Shown: positions 24,399-33,288, counted from the stretch's first letter. The stretch is 54,299 nt of DNA from an uncultured bacterium (GCA_902788415.1 CADAKF010000014.1:1-54299); one strand, 5' to 3'. The notes: a model not told the origin generated them from the sequence alone. Numbers and translations: made by a program.

Positions 24399-24971
24399 AT
24401 GAGAATCATCGTCGGACTGGGGAATCCTGGAGCCCAATACGCCAATACTCCGCACTCGGTTGGTTTTGAGGCGGTCGATGCAATCGCTTCGGAGATTGGC
24501 GCGAGTTGGGAGGAGAAGCGTCAGTTCAAGTGCCTGTGGGCGAAGGGGAATTTCGCCGGACAGTCCGTCATCCTTGCAAAGCCCCAGACCTACATGAACC
24601 TCTCCGGCGAGTCGGTCGCCCCGCTCGTTAGGTATTCGAACGCGACCGCAGCAGATCTCCTTGTCATTCAAGACGACATCGACCTGCCGGTCGGGCGGAT
24701 GCGCGTCAGGAAGAACGGCTCCTGCGGCGGACACAACGGCATCCGCAACATCATCGAGCGTCTCGGCACGCAGGATTTTGCGCGTCTTAAGCTCGGGGTC
24801 GGCAAGGACAAGAGCGATGTCATCGCGCATGTCCTCGGCAAGTTTGACCCGGCGACGCGCCAGACGATGGACCGGGTGGTGGCCGAGGCGGTCAAGGCCG
24901 CTGCGGCGATTCTCCGCGACGGTCCCGACCGCGCGATGAACGCCTACAACGGATGGAGTACGGATGGCTGA
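24399..24971 (+). CDS. pth: Peptidyl-tRNA hydrolase
   Basis: 'GLGNPG', 'TPHSVGF', 'GGHNGIRNI'. Confidence 0.95.
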   Translation: MRIIVGLGNPGAQYANTPHSVGFEAVDAIASEIGASWEEKRQFKCLWAKGNFAGQSVILAKPQTYMNLSGESVAPLVRYSNATAADLLVIQDDIDLPVGRMRVRKNGSCGGHNGIRNIIERLGTQDFARLKLGVGKDKSDVIAHVLGKFDPATRQTMDRVVAEAVKAAAAILRDGPDRAMNAYNGWSTDG

Positions 24972-26011
24972 ACTCAATGAGACACCGCGGGGAAACCGCA
25001 TCCATATCGCGTTCTTCGGGCTGAGGAACGCGGGCAAGTCAACGCTTGTCAATGCGTTTACGGGACAGCAGATCGCCATCGTGAGCGACGTTCCGGGAAC
25101 TGCGCGTCGAGCAGTCGCTCAAGGTGCTGGAGACGACGGATATTGCGGTCTGGGTGGACGGCGACGCGTCTTCATTGAAGCGGAAAGGATTCCGCTTCTC
25201 CACTTTTGAGGATGAGTGCAAGAAACGGAATGTGATTCTGCTCGAATATCGGCGAGGCGACTCGGTTGAGGCGCTGAAGCGGAAGATCGCCGCTGTGAAG
25301 CTCGACGAGACGCCGCCGGAGCTGCTGGACGGGCTGGTGCAGGCCGGCGACCGAGTTGTTTGCGTCGTTCCGATCGACGAGTCCGCCCCCAAGTCGCGGC
25401 TGATCCTGCCGCAGCAGCAGGTCATCCGTGAATGCCTGGACCGGCACTTGTCCTGTCTCGTCTGCCAGCCTGAGGAGCTGGAGCCGACATTGGCGATGGC
25501 GGCGAAGGCGGCGGGCGGGGAGACGCTGGTCGTGACCGACTCCCAGGCCTTTGGCGCCGTCGGCCGGGTGGTCGCGGGGTTTCGCGAGGCGAGCGGGCGA
25601 AGCGTCCGGCTGACCTCCTTCTCAATCCTCTTTGCTCGACAGAAGGGCGACATCGCCGCCTACTTGGAGGGTCTGAAGGCGATTCTGGCGCTGAAGGACG
25701 GCGACGCGGTGCTGATCGCCGAGGGCTGCACGCACCATCGCCAGTGCAACGACATCGGTTCGGTGAAGATTCCGCGGGCCCTTGCGAAGATGACTGGGAA
25801 GAGCCTGAAGTTCGAGTTCTCCAGCGGGACGGCGTTCCCCCTGCCCATGGGTCGCTTCTCGCTCGTCGTCCAGTGCGGCGGCTGCATGCTGACCCGGCGC
25901 GAGGTCCTGCGGCGCATCGGCGCGGCGCGGGAGGCCGGCGTGCCGATTGTCAACTACGGCATGCTGCTGGCGGCGGCGAACGGAATGAGGGTCGAAGACG
26001 TGCTCGCATGA
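24964..26011 (+). pseudogene. hydF: [FeFe]-hydrogenase maturation GTPase HydF, internal deletion plus frameshift
   Basis: N-terminus 'IAFFGLRNAGKSTLVNAFTGQQIAIVSDVPGT' (G1) stops matching at about 25097. The next frame resumes 'ELRVEQSLKVLETTDIAVWV' and runs to the C-terminal 'CTHH..CGGC' cluster-binding domain. The G2/G3 region is missing. Confidence 0.75.
25168..25204 (+). repeat. Copy of the palindromic element lacking part of the 5' half, read in a different frame
   Basis: tcttcattgaagcggaaaggattccgcttctccact; translated 'SSLKRKGFRFST'. Confidence 0.85.
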
Positions 26012-26832
26012 AGACGAACTACCATACGCACACGACGTGGTGTGACGGCAAGGACACGCCGCGGAAGGTGATTCAGGCGGCGGTCGCCAAGGGGTTTGAG
26101 GCAATCGGATTTTCGTCGCATGCGATGCTGCCGCTTGAGAAGGCCGAGTGGGGTATGGATGCGGATGTCCTGCCGCGCTATGCGCGCGAGGTACGGCGGC
26201 TGGCGGACGAGTTTAAGGACCAGATTCTCGTCCTCTGCGGTGTCGAAGCCGATTACGTTCCTGGGCGGTCGAATCCAGACCGCGCGACCTACGCGGCAGT
26301 CGCGCCGAACTACATCATCGGGTCCGTCCACTTCGTCGTCGCTCCGGACGGCGCGCTCGTTCCGGTGGACTGTTCTCCGGAAGACCTGCAGGCGGGAATC
26401 CGCGATCATTTCGGCGGCGATGCGGAGCGGTATGTGCGCGCCTACTTCGCACAGGTGCGCGAGATGGTGACGAACTATGACTTTGATGTTGTCGGACATC
26501 TCGACCTCGTGCGAAAGTTCAATGTCAAGAACCCCTCTTTCGACGAGAAGTCCGACTGGTACCGCGAGGAGATCGGCAAGACCGCCGCGGCGGTGGCGAA
26601 GAGCGGGAAGATCGCGGAAGTCAACACCGGGGCGATTGCACGCGGCTGGCTGGACGACGCCTATCCGTCCGAGGAGTTCCGCAGGATGCTGCGCGAGAAG
26701 GGCGTGAAGTTTATCCTCTCGTCCGATGCGCACACGGCGAACGGGATTGATTGCGCATTTGATCGGTTTGAGAAGGCCGAGGAGTATGTTGATTTCCGCG
26801 TTTCTTCCTCCTGTCTTTCGTCTCCCGTCTAA
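26008..26832 (+). CDS. Histidinol-phosphatase, PHP (HisJ) family
   Basis: 'NYHTHTTWCDG', 'GFSSHA'. ATGA overlap with the hydF stop. Confidence 0.75.
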   Translation: MKTNYHTHTTWCDGKDTPRKVIQAAVAKGFEAIGFSSHAMLPLEKAEWGMDADVLPRYAREVRRLADEFKDQILVLCGVEADYVPGRSNPDRATYAAVAPNYIIGSVHFVVAPDGALVPVDCSPEDLQAGIRDHFGGDAERYVRAYFAQVREMVTNYDFDVVGHLDLVRKFNVKNPSFDEKSDWYREEIGKTAAAVAKSGKIAEVNTGAIARGWLDDAYPSEEFRRMLREKGVKFILSSDAHTANGIDCAFDRFEKAEEYVDFRVSSSCLSSPV

Positions 26833-26845
26833 GGTCCTAAAGTCT
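26799..26845 (+). repeat. Pyrimidine-rich CGTCTYC-type tract plus a CTAARGTC x2 tail at the 3' end of the PHP gene
   Basis: cgtttcttcctcctgtctttcgtctcccgtct aaggtcctaaagtc; encodes the C-terminal 'VSSSCLSSPV'. Confidence 0.7.
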
Positions 26846-26847
26846 TG

Positions 26848-27615
26848 ATGCCCATGAAGCCAATTGAAACACTTGTAGAAGAAGTCAAATCCCGGATCGC
26901 CGCGGCGTGTCAGCGCGCGGGACGCAATCCGGACGACGTTGAGATCATCGCCGTTACAAAGACGCATGGCGCGGAGGTCGTGAAGGAGGCATGGGACGCG
27001 GGACTGCGGATCGTCGGCGAGAACAAGGTGCAGGAGGCGGCCTGGAAGAAACCCGCGAGCGTAACGGGGCCGATGTGGCACCTGATCGGACACCTCCAGT
27101 CCAACAAGGTCCGCAAGGCGCTGGAGCTCTTCGACTTTTTCCACAGCGTGGACACGGTGGCGCTTGCCGACCGCATGAACGCGATCGCCGCGGACATGGG
27201 GGCGTCGCCGCACATTCTTCTCGAGGTCAACGTCTCGGGTGAGAAGTCGAAGAGCGGGATGAAGCCCAAGGAGGTCGAGCCGACCGTGCGACATATTATG
27301 GAGAGCTGCCCTCGCCTGACGGTCGAGGGACTGATGACGATGGCGCCGTTCAGCGAGAATCCCGAGGACGCGCGTCCGTACTTCCGGCGGCTGCGCGAGC
27401 TGCGCGATGCAGTTGAGACATCGCTTGGGGTGGGGCTTCCGCGCCTCTCGATGGGTATGAGCGGCGACTACGAAGTTGCAGTTGAGGAGGGCGCGACGTG
27501 GGTCAGGCTCGGGACGGTCCTCTTCGGGGAGAGACCGAAGGTGAGGGCGGGAATTCCCTCTGGCGGGCTCGATTCGTATTCCGGCGAGGGGCCGACGGTC
27601 CGCGTGCTTGACTGA
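26848..27615 (+). CDS. YggS-family pyridoxal-phosphate homeostasis protein
   Basis: 'AVTKTH', 'GENKVQEA', 'WHLIGHLQSNK', 'LSMGMSGDY'. Confidence 0.85.
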   Translation: MPMKPIETLVEEVKSRIAAACQRAGRNPDDVEIIAVTKTHGAEVVKEAWDAGLRIVGENKVQEAAWKKPASVTGPMWHLIGHLQSNKVRKALELFDFFHSVDTVALADRMNAIAADMGASPHILLEVNVSGEKSKSGMKPKEVEPTVRHIMESCPRLTVEGLMTMAPFSENPEDARPYFRRLRELRDAVETSLGVGLPRLSMGMSGDYEVAVEEGATWVRLGTVLFGERPKVRAGIPSGGLDSYSGEGPTVRVLD

Positions 27616-27627
27616 GGCGAATGTCTC

Positions 27628-30114
27628 ATGTCGAGAGACCTGATGCCATTTCCCGTTGAGGAGAAGATCGACGAGGTTGCCGCGGCGCTCGCGAAGAATC
27701 GCGACGTGGTGCTGACGGCGCCGCCCGGCAGCGGCAAGACGACGTGCGTGCCGCCGGCGCTCCTCGACGCGCCGTGGCTCAAGGGCAAGAAGATTGTGAT
27801 GCTCGAGCCGCGGCGGCTCGCGGCACGGAACTGTGCGGCGTATATCGCAAAGAGGCGCGGCGAAGCGATTGGCGAGACGGTTGGGTTTTCCGTCCGGCTC
27901 GAGCGCAAGGTCTCTGCAAAGACGCGGCTCGAGGTCGTGACGGAGGGGCTCCTGACAAACCGGATTCTCGGCGACCCCGAGCTGAAGGACGTTGGACTTG
28001 TGATCTTCGACGAGTTTCACGAGCGGTCGCTTCAGTGTGACCTGGCGTTTGCGCTGGCGCTGGAGGTGCGACGGGCGCTCAGGCCCGATTTGAGAATTCT
28101 CGTCATGTCCGCGACCTTGGACGCCGACGAGGTGGCGGCGCATCTCGGCGATGCGGACATCGTGCGTGCCGAGGGTCGGATGTTTCCGGTGGAGACCGTG
28201 TATCTCGGCGACTTGCCGATGTCCGCGGCGATTTCAAAGGCGCTGAAGGAGACGGAGGGGGATATTCTGTGCTTTTTACCGGGGGAGTCCGAAATAAGGA
28301 GGGTGAGAGAATCTTGCGCTTCGCTTACAAGCGGAAAGGATTCCGCTTCCCCACTCTTTTTGCCGCTCTACGGCAGCTTGCCGAAGGAAGAGCAAGACAA
28401 GGTGTTTTCCGCTGTTCAACCTTCAACCTGCAGCCTTCAACCTGCACCACGAAGAGTGGTGCTGGCGACGTCGATTGCGGAGACGTCGGTGACAATTGAG
28501 GGGATTACGTGCGTCATCGATTCGGGACTGATGCGGGTGCCGCGGTTCTCGCCGTCGACGGGGATGTCGGGACTGGTGACGCTTCCGCTGACACAGGACC
28601 GCGCGGAGCAACGGCGGGGCCGTGCGGGACGCGTGAGGGCGGGTGTCTGCTATCGTCTTTGGACCGAAGGACAGCAGCAGTCCCGTCCGAAGCGGATGAT
28701 GCCGGAGATCCTCGAGACGGACCTTTGCTCGCTCGTCTTGACAAGCGCGGCGTGGGGGGCGCTTGGGCGTGAGGACTTGCCGTGGATGACACCTCCGGCT
28801 GTGAGCCTGTGGGATCAAGCGGTCGGGCTTCTGAAGATGCTGGGCGCCTTGGACAAGGACGGACGACTGACGGCGAAGGGCGAGAAGATGGCGAAGCTCC
28901 CGATGCATCCGCGGCTGGCAAACATGCTTCTCGCCGCGGGCGCGAACCATGAATCGGAGAAAAGAGGTGGAGGTGGAGAACGCGGCGTGGCCGTTCTGGC
29001 TGCAATCATTGAGGAGGGCTCAAAAAGCCGCGAGACCGATATTCGGTATGTTCCCGTCACCCCTCGAGTCAAAGAACTGTCTAAGAGATTTGCGTTCCAT
29101 TGCTCACCTACACCTCACACCTTCACCTTGAGCGCCGGAGGCGCTCTTGCTCTCGCGTATCCCGACAGAATTGCCAAGAACAGGGGGAACGGGACGTTCC
29201 GGATGGTGAACGGGCGGGGCGCGTTCCTGCCGGAGGACGATCCGATGGCGAAGGAGCCGTACATTGTCTGCTGCGAACTCGACGACCGGGCGGGAGATGC
29301 GAAGGTCTTTCTCGGGTGTCCGATCGCGGAAGAGGAGATAGTGGAGCTGTTCGGGGACGAGATCGCCGAGGAGCCGTACTGTGCCTGGGATCGGCAGAAC
29401 GAGCGGGTGAAGTGCGTCGTACGGCGCAAGCTCGGCGAAATGACGCTGGGGGAGCGGATTTTAAACACAGAGACGCAGAGACACAGAGAAGGGATTGAAA
29501 AAGCGTTGTTGGAGGGAATCAGAGTCAAAGGCGTCGAGAATCTCCCGTGCTGGACGAAAGACACGCTGCAGCTCAAGTCTCGAATCAATTTTCTTTCCAA
29601 ATCCTCTGTGTCTCAGTGTCTCTGTGTTGAAAATCCATGGCCGAAAATTGACGCTGCGACGTTGCTGCCGGCGATGGAGGGGTTTGTCGGGGGAATGGCG
29701 AAGTGGCGGGACCTGGAAAAGCTGGATATTGCCGCGGTGATGGACTTCATCTTGTCCGAGGCGGGGCATGACCGGCGGGAGCTTGACCGGCTGGCGCCGA
29801 CGCGGATGGAGGTGCCGAGCGGGAGTCACATGACGATTCACTACGAGGGTGACGAGCCGACGGTGAAAGTGCGGCTGCAGGAGTGCTTTGGACTGATGGA
29901 GACGCCGAAGGTAGCGGGCGGAAAGGTGCCGATCGTGATGACGCTTCTGAGCCCGGCGCAACGTCCAATCCAGATCACCAAGGATCTGGCTGGATTCTGG
30001 AAGGGGGCGTATCAGCTGGTCCGCAAGGACATGCGCGGACGCTATCCGAAGCATTACTGGCCGGAGGATCCGTTTGCTGCCGTCGCGACCCGGCGAGTTC
30101 GTCCCAAGGTATAG
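27628..30114 (+). CDS. hrpB: ATP-dependent RNA helicase HrpB
   Basis: 'APPGSGKTT', 'DEFHERS', 'SATLD', 'TSIAETSVTIEGI', 'QRRGRAGR' and the HrpB C-terminal domain. Confidence 0.9.
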   Translation: MSRDLMPFPVEEKIDEVAAALAKNRDVVLTAPPGSGKTTCVPPALLDAPWLKGKKIVMLEPRRLAARNCAAYIAKRRGEAIGETVGFSVRLERKVSAKTRLEVVTEGLLTNRILGDPELKDVGLVIFDEFHERSLQCDLAFALALEVRRALRPDLRILVMSATLDADEVAAHLGDADIVRAEGRMFPVETVYLGDLPMSAAISKALKETEGDILCFLPGESEIRRVRESCASLTSGKDSASPLFLPLYGSLPKEEQDKVFSAVQPSTCSLQPAPRRVVLATSIAETSVTIEGITCVIDSGLMRVPRFSPSTGMSGLVTLPLTQDRAEQRRGRAGRVRAGVCYRLWTEGQQQSRPKRMMPEILETDLCSLVLTSAAWGALGREDLPWMTPPAVSLWDQAVGLLKMLGALDKDGRLTAKGEKMAKLPMHPRLANMLLAAGANHESEKRGGGGERGVAVLAAIIEEGSKSRETDIRYVPVTPRVKELSKRFAFHCSPTPHTFTLSAGGALALAYPDRIAKNRGNGTFRMVNGRGAFLPEDDPMAKEPYIVCCELDDRAGDAKVFLGCPIAEEEIVELFGDEIAEEPYCAWDRQNERVKCVVRRKLGEMTLGERILNTETQRHREGIEKALLEGIRVKGVENLPCWTKDTLQLKSRINFLSKSSVSQCLCVENPWPKIDAATLLPAMEGFVGGMAKWRDLEKLDIAAVMDFILSEAGHDRRELDRLAPTRMEVPSGSHMTIHYEGDEPTVKVRLQECFGLMETPKVAGGKVPIVMTLLSPAQRPIQITKDLAGFWKGAYQLVRKDMRGRYPKHYWPEDPFAAVATRRVRPKV
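28312..28356 (+). repeat. Full copy of the palindromic in-frame element (in hrpB)
   Basis: tcttgcgcttcgcttacaagcggaaaggattccgcttccccactc; translated 'SCASLTSGKDSASPL'. Confidence 0.9.
28414..28448 (+). repeat. Heptad array gttcaac cttcaac ctgcagc cttcaac ctgcacc in hrpB
   Basis: Read directly; encodes 'VQPSTCSLQPAP'. Confidence 0.85.
29103..29130 (+). repeat. CACCT-rich low-complexity tract in hrpB (complement of the GGTGARG family)
   Basis: ctcacctacacctcacaccttcaccttg; encodes 'SPTPHTFTL'. Confidence 0.7.
29464..29628. repeat. Inverted pair of CACAGAGA-type arrays flanking about 110 nt of native hrpB coding sequence
   Basis: Left aacacagagacgcagagacacagagaagg (29464-29492); right cctctgtgtctcagtgtctctgtgtt (29603-29628). 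Confidence 0.85.
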
Positions 30115-30143
30115 TATTTTTCGGCACAAAGCGACCGGATATA

Positions 30144-30152
30144 TGGTATAAT
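30144..30152 (+). promoter_or_regulatory. Extended -10 TGGTATAAT, 6 nt upstream of tyrS ATG (leaderless candidate)
   Basis: Exact motif with no SD. Confidence 0.55.
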
Positions 30153-30158
30153 AGCACC

Positions 30159-31400
30159 ATGAAACTGATTGAAGAGTTGAAGGCGCGTGGGTTGGTCGAG
30201 GCCCTGACGGATCCGGAAATCGAAAAGGCACTTGAAAAGCCGATGACCGTTTATTGCGGGTTTGACCCTTCCGCGCGGTCGCTTCAGGCTGGAAATCTCG
30301 TATCCATCATTGTTTTGAAGCGTTTTCAGCAGGCGGGACACAAGGTGATTGCGCTTGTCGGCGGGGCAACGGGATTGATCGGCGATCCGTCTGGAAAGTC
30401 GGCCGAGCGCAACATGCTGACGGAGAGTCAGGTCGAGGAGAACAAGAAGGGCATTCGCGAAAACCTCTCGCGCATTCTCGACTTCGACGGTCCGAACGCC
30501 GCGGTGATGGTCGACAACTACGACTGGTACAAGGGGACGAGTGCCATCGAGTTTCTGCGTGACATCGCGATCAACTTCCGCGTGCCGCAGATGCTGGCGA
30601 AGGAGTCGGTGAAGAAGCGTCTGGAGGCTTCGGAAGGAGCGCTGACCTTCACGGAGTTCTCCTATCAGATCCTGCAGGGCAATGACTTCCTGCATCTCTA
30701 CGACAACTTTGGCTGCCAGATGGAGGTTGGCGGGGCGGACCAGTGGGGCAACATCACGGCTGGGACGGACCTCGTCCACCGCATGCGCGGCAAGACGGCC
30801 TATGGACTCACATTCCCCTTGCTTCTAGACTCGACAGGCAAGAAGTTCGGCAAGAGCGAGGGCAACGCGCTTTTCCTCAACAGCGAGATGACGCCGGTCT
30901 TCGACTGGTACCAGTACTTCCTCCGGGCGGCGGACGCGGATGTGATTCGCTATCTCAAGGTCTTTTCGATGAAGTCGCTAGAGGAGATTGCCGCGCTCGA
31001 GGCCGAGATGAAGGCGCATCCTGAGGCGCGCATTCCGCAGAAGGCGCTCGCGGATGAGCTGACGCGTCTCGTGCACGGCGAAGAGGGGCTCAAGAAGGCG
31101 CAGGAGGCGACCGAGGCCCTGTACGCGAAGAAGTCCGCCGCCGACGTTGCGAAGGCCGAGAACGTGCCGAGCGCGAAAGTCGCGCTCGCGGATTGCGTCG
31201 GCAAACCCGTCTTCGCGGTCGCGGCGGCGGCCGGGATGTTCAAGTCCAACGGCGAGGCGCGCCGGATGGCGCAGCAGGGCGGGCTTTCGCTCAATGACGC
31301 GAAGGTCGACGACAAGCGCCTGTTCGCGGCGGAAGACGTCCGGGACGGTGTTGCGGTCCTTCGCAGCGGGAAGAAGAACTATTTCGTGCTGAAGTTTTGA
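30159..31400 (+). CDS. tyrS: Tyrosine--tRNA ligase
   Basis: 'VYCGFDPSARSLQAGN', 'KFGKSEGNA' (KMSKS) and a C-terminal S4-like domain. Confidence 0.95.
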   Translation: MKLIEELKARGLVEALTDPEIEKALEKPMTVYCGFDPSARSLQAGNLVSIIVLKRFQQAGHKVIALVGGATGLIGDPSGKSAERNMLTESQVEENKKGIRENLSRILDFDGPNAAVMVDNYDWYKGTSAIEFLRDIAINFRVPQMLAKESVKKRLEASEGALTFTEFSYQILQGNDFLHLYDNFGCQMEVGGADQWGNITAGTDLVHRMRGKTAYGLTFPLLLDSTGKKFGKSEGNALFLNSEMTPVFDWYQYFLRAADADVIRYLKVFSMKSLEEIAALEAEMKAHPEARIPQKALADELTRLVHGEEGLKKAQEATEALYAKKSAADVAKAENVPSAKVALADCVGKPVFAVAAAAGMFKSNGEARRMAQQGGLSLNDAKVDDKRLFAAEDVRDGVAVLRSGKKNYFVLKF

Positions 31401-32512
31401 AGATCATCGAGAGATACGTCTTTGGATCTTTCCTGTCGAGCTTCCTGCTCGCGTTCGTGATGCTCAGCTTCGTGCTGACGATCGGGCTCCTCGTGCAGAT
31501 TGTCGAGTTCGTCATGGACGGCGTGCCGATGGCGCTCGTCGGCGACTTCTGCGTCGTCTCGATTCCCGAGACGCTGCAGTGGTCGATGCCGCTCGCGCTG
31601 CTCGTCAGCTCCATCCTCGTCTTCTCGCGGATGTCGGCAGACAGCGAGATCGCCGCCATGCGGGCCTGCGGCATCCATCTCCTGTCGGTGATGAAGTGGC
31701 CAATTCTCTTCGCCTGCCTTTGCACACTGCTCGGCTTCTGGGTAAACAACGAGATCGTGCCGCGGGGGCACGAGATCCGTCGCACGCTCAAGTCGAAGGT
31801 CTCCGTCCAGACGGGCCTGAGCGTTCTCGAACCCGGCCGCGTCATTGATGAGTTCCCCAAGGTGAAGCTCTACTTCGGCCGCAAGGAGGGAAACTGGCTC
31901 TACGATCTCGTCGTTCTCGACTATTCGACGAAGGTCGACCGGATGATTACGGCCGACAAGGCGCTCGTCACGCAGAACGGATCGAACGTCGACTTCGAGC
32001 TTTACCACATGACGGTCGATCCGGTGGACGAGAACCACCTGACGATGGCGCGCGCCAACCGCTTCGTCTACACGCTTGAGAACGTCGTCAAGAGAGCGCG
32101 CTACTCGCGCCGCGCGAAGGACTTTCGCTTTTTCGAAATGGTCCGCCGTATCCGTGCGCAGGAGGCGGAGATCGCGGCGATCAGCGGCGCGGACAAGGTC
32201 GCCGAGAAGTCGCGTCATCTGGCGCGACGGGGCCTGAGCTATGACAAGGTCGAACTTTCGAAGCGCTTTGTCTTCGCGATGGCCTCGGTCTGCTTCGTTC
32301 TGATCGGCATTCCGCTCGGCATCCGCTCCCAGCGCAAGGAGTCGTCCGTCGGCATGGCAATCTCCCTTGCCGTTTCGCTCGGCTACTATCTTTTGGTCAT
32401 TCTCATGCTCTCGTGCGAGAAGATGTACGCGATTCGTCCGGAGCTCCTCATCTGGACTCCGGTGCTCGTCTGTCTCGCGCTCGCGTTCAAGCTAATTAGG
32501 AGGCATCTCTGA
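31397..32512 (+). CDS. LptF/LptG (YjgP/YjgQ) family LPS export permease
   Basis: 'MKIIERYVFGSFLSSFLLAF' N-terminus and a 6-TM layout with a large periplasmic loop. TTG start overlaps the tyrS stop. Confidence 0.8.
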   Translation: MKIIERYVFGSFLSSFLLAFVMLSFVLTIGLLVQIVEFVMDGVPMALVGDFCVVSIPETLQWSMPLALLVSSILVFSRMSADSEIAAMRACGIHLLSVMKWPILFACLCTLLGFWVNNEIVPRGHEIRRTLKSKVSVQTGLSVLEPGRVIDEFPKVKLYFGRKEGNWLYDLVVLDYSTKVDRMITADKALVTQNGSNVDFELYHMTVDPVDENHLTMARANRFVYTLENVVKRARYSRRAKDFRFFEMVRRIRAQEAEIAAISGADKVAEKSRHLARRGLSYDKVELSKRFVFAMASVCFVLIGIPLGIRSQRKESSVGMAISLAVSLGYYLLVILMLSCEKMYAIRPELLIWTPVLVCLALAFKLIRRHL

Positions 32513-33288
32513 TGAAAATCCATCCGACGGCCGTTGTGGAAGATGGCGCCAAGCTCGGGGCAGACGTCGAAATCGGACCCTATGCGCATATCGGCAAGGA
32601 TGTCGTCCTTGGCGACGGCACGGTTGTCCGCCAGGGCGCGATTGTCGACGGCCACACGACGGTCGGTTCGTGCTGCGAGATATTTCCCTATGCCTGCATC
32701 GGCATGAAGACGCAGGACCTCAAGTACAAGGAAGGTTCGGTCTCCTATGTCGAAATCGGCGACCGCACGGTCATCCGCGAGTTCGCAACCGTCCACCTTG
32801 GCACGGCAGACGGCGAGAAGACCGTGATCGGCTCGGACTGTCTCTTCATGTGCTATTGCCATGCCGCGCACGGTGTCGTGATGGGCAATCATGTAATCTG
32901 CTCGAATTCTGTCCAGCTTGCGGGCGACGTCCATCTCGAGGACTGGGCGATTGTCGGCGGTTGCTCGGCGGCGCACCAGTTCTGCACGGTCGGACGGCAC
33001 GCGATGGTCGGTGGCATGTCGAAGATACGTCAGGACGTGCCGCCGTTCATGCTCTGCGACATGCAAAATTCGGATCTCCGGGCGATTGGCGTCAACGTCG
33101 TCGGGCTCACGCGTCGCGAATTCCCCAAGGAGACGATCCATGCGCTGAAGGAGGCCCATCGCATCATCTACCGAAACGGGCTCAACCGCTCTCAGGCCCT
33201 GGAGCTCGTGGAACGCGATGTCGAGCCGATTGACGAGGTAAAGGAGCTTGTCCGCTTCTACCGGAATTCGGAGAGGGGTGTCGTCTGA
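32512..33288 (+). CDS. lpxA: Acyl-ACP--UDP-N-acetylglucosamine O-acyltransferase
   Basis: Hexapeptide repeats, 'IHPTAVVEDGAKLG' and the C-terminal helical domain 'GLNRSQALE'. Confidence 0.9.
   Translation: MKIHPTAVVEDGAKLGADVEIGPYAHIGKDVVLGDGTVVRQGAIVDGHTTVGSCCEIFPYACIGMKTQDLKYKEGSVSYVEIGDRTVIREFATVHLGTADGEKTVIGSDCLFMCYCHAAHGVVMGNHVICSNSVQLAGDVHLEDWAIVGGCSAAHQFCTVGRHAMVGGMSKIRQDVPPFMLCDMQNSDLRAIGVNVVGLTRREFPKETIHALKEAHRIIYRNGLNRSQALELVERDVEPIDEVKELVRFYRNSERGVV

Noticed and set aside
25954-28143. 729-aa ORF on the - strand
   Set aside because: It is antisense to the PHP phosphatase, YggS and the 5' end of hrpB. It has no recognisable motifs and is a high-GC artefact.
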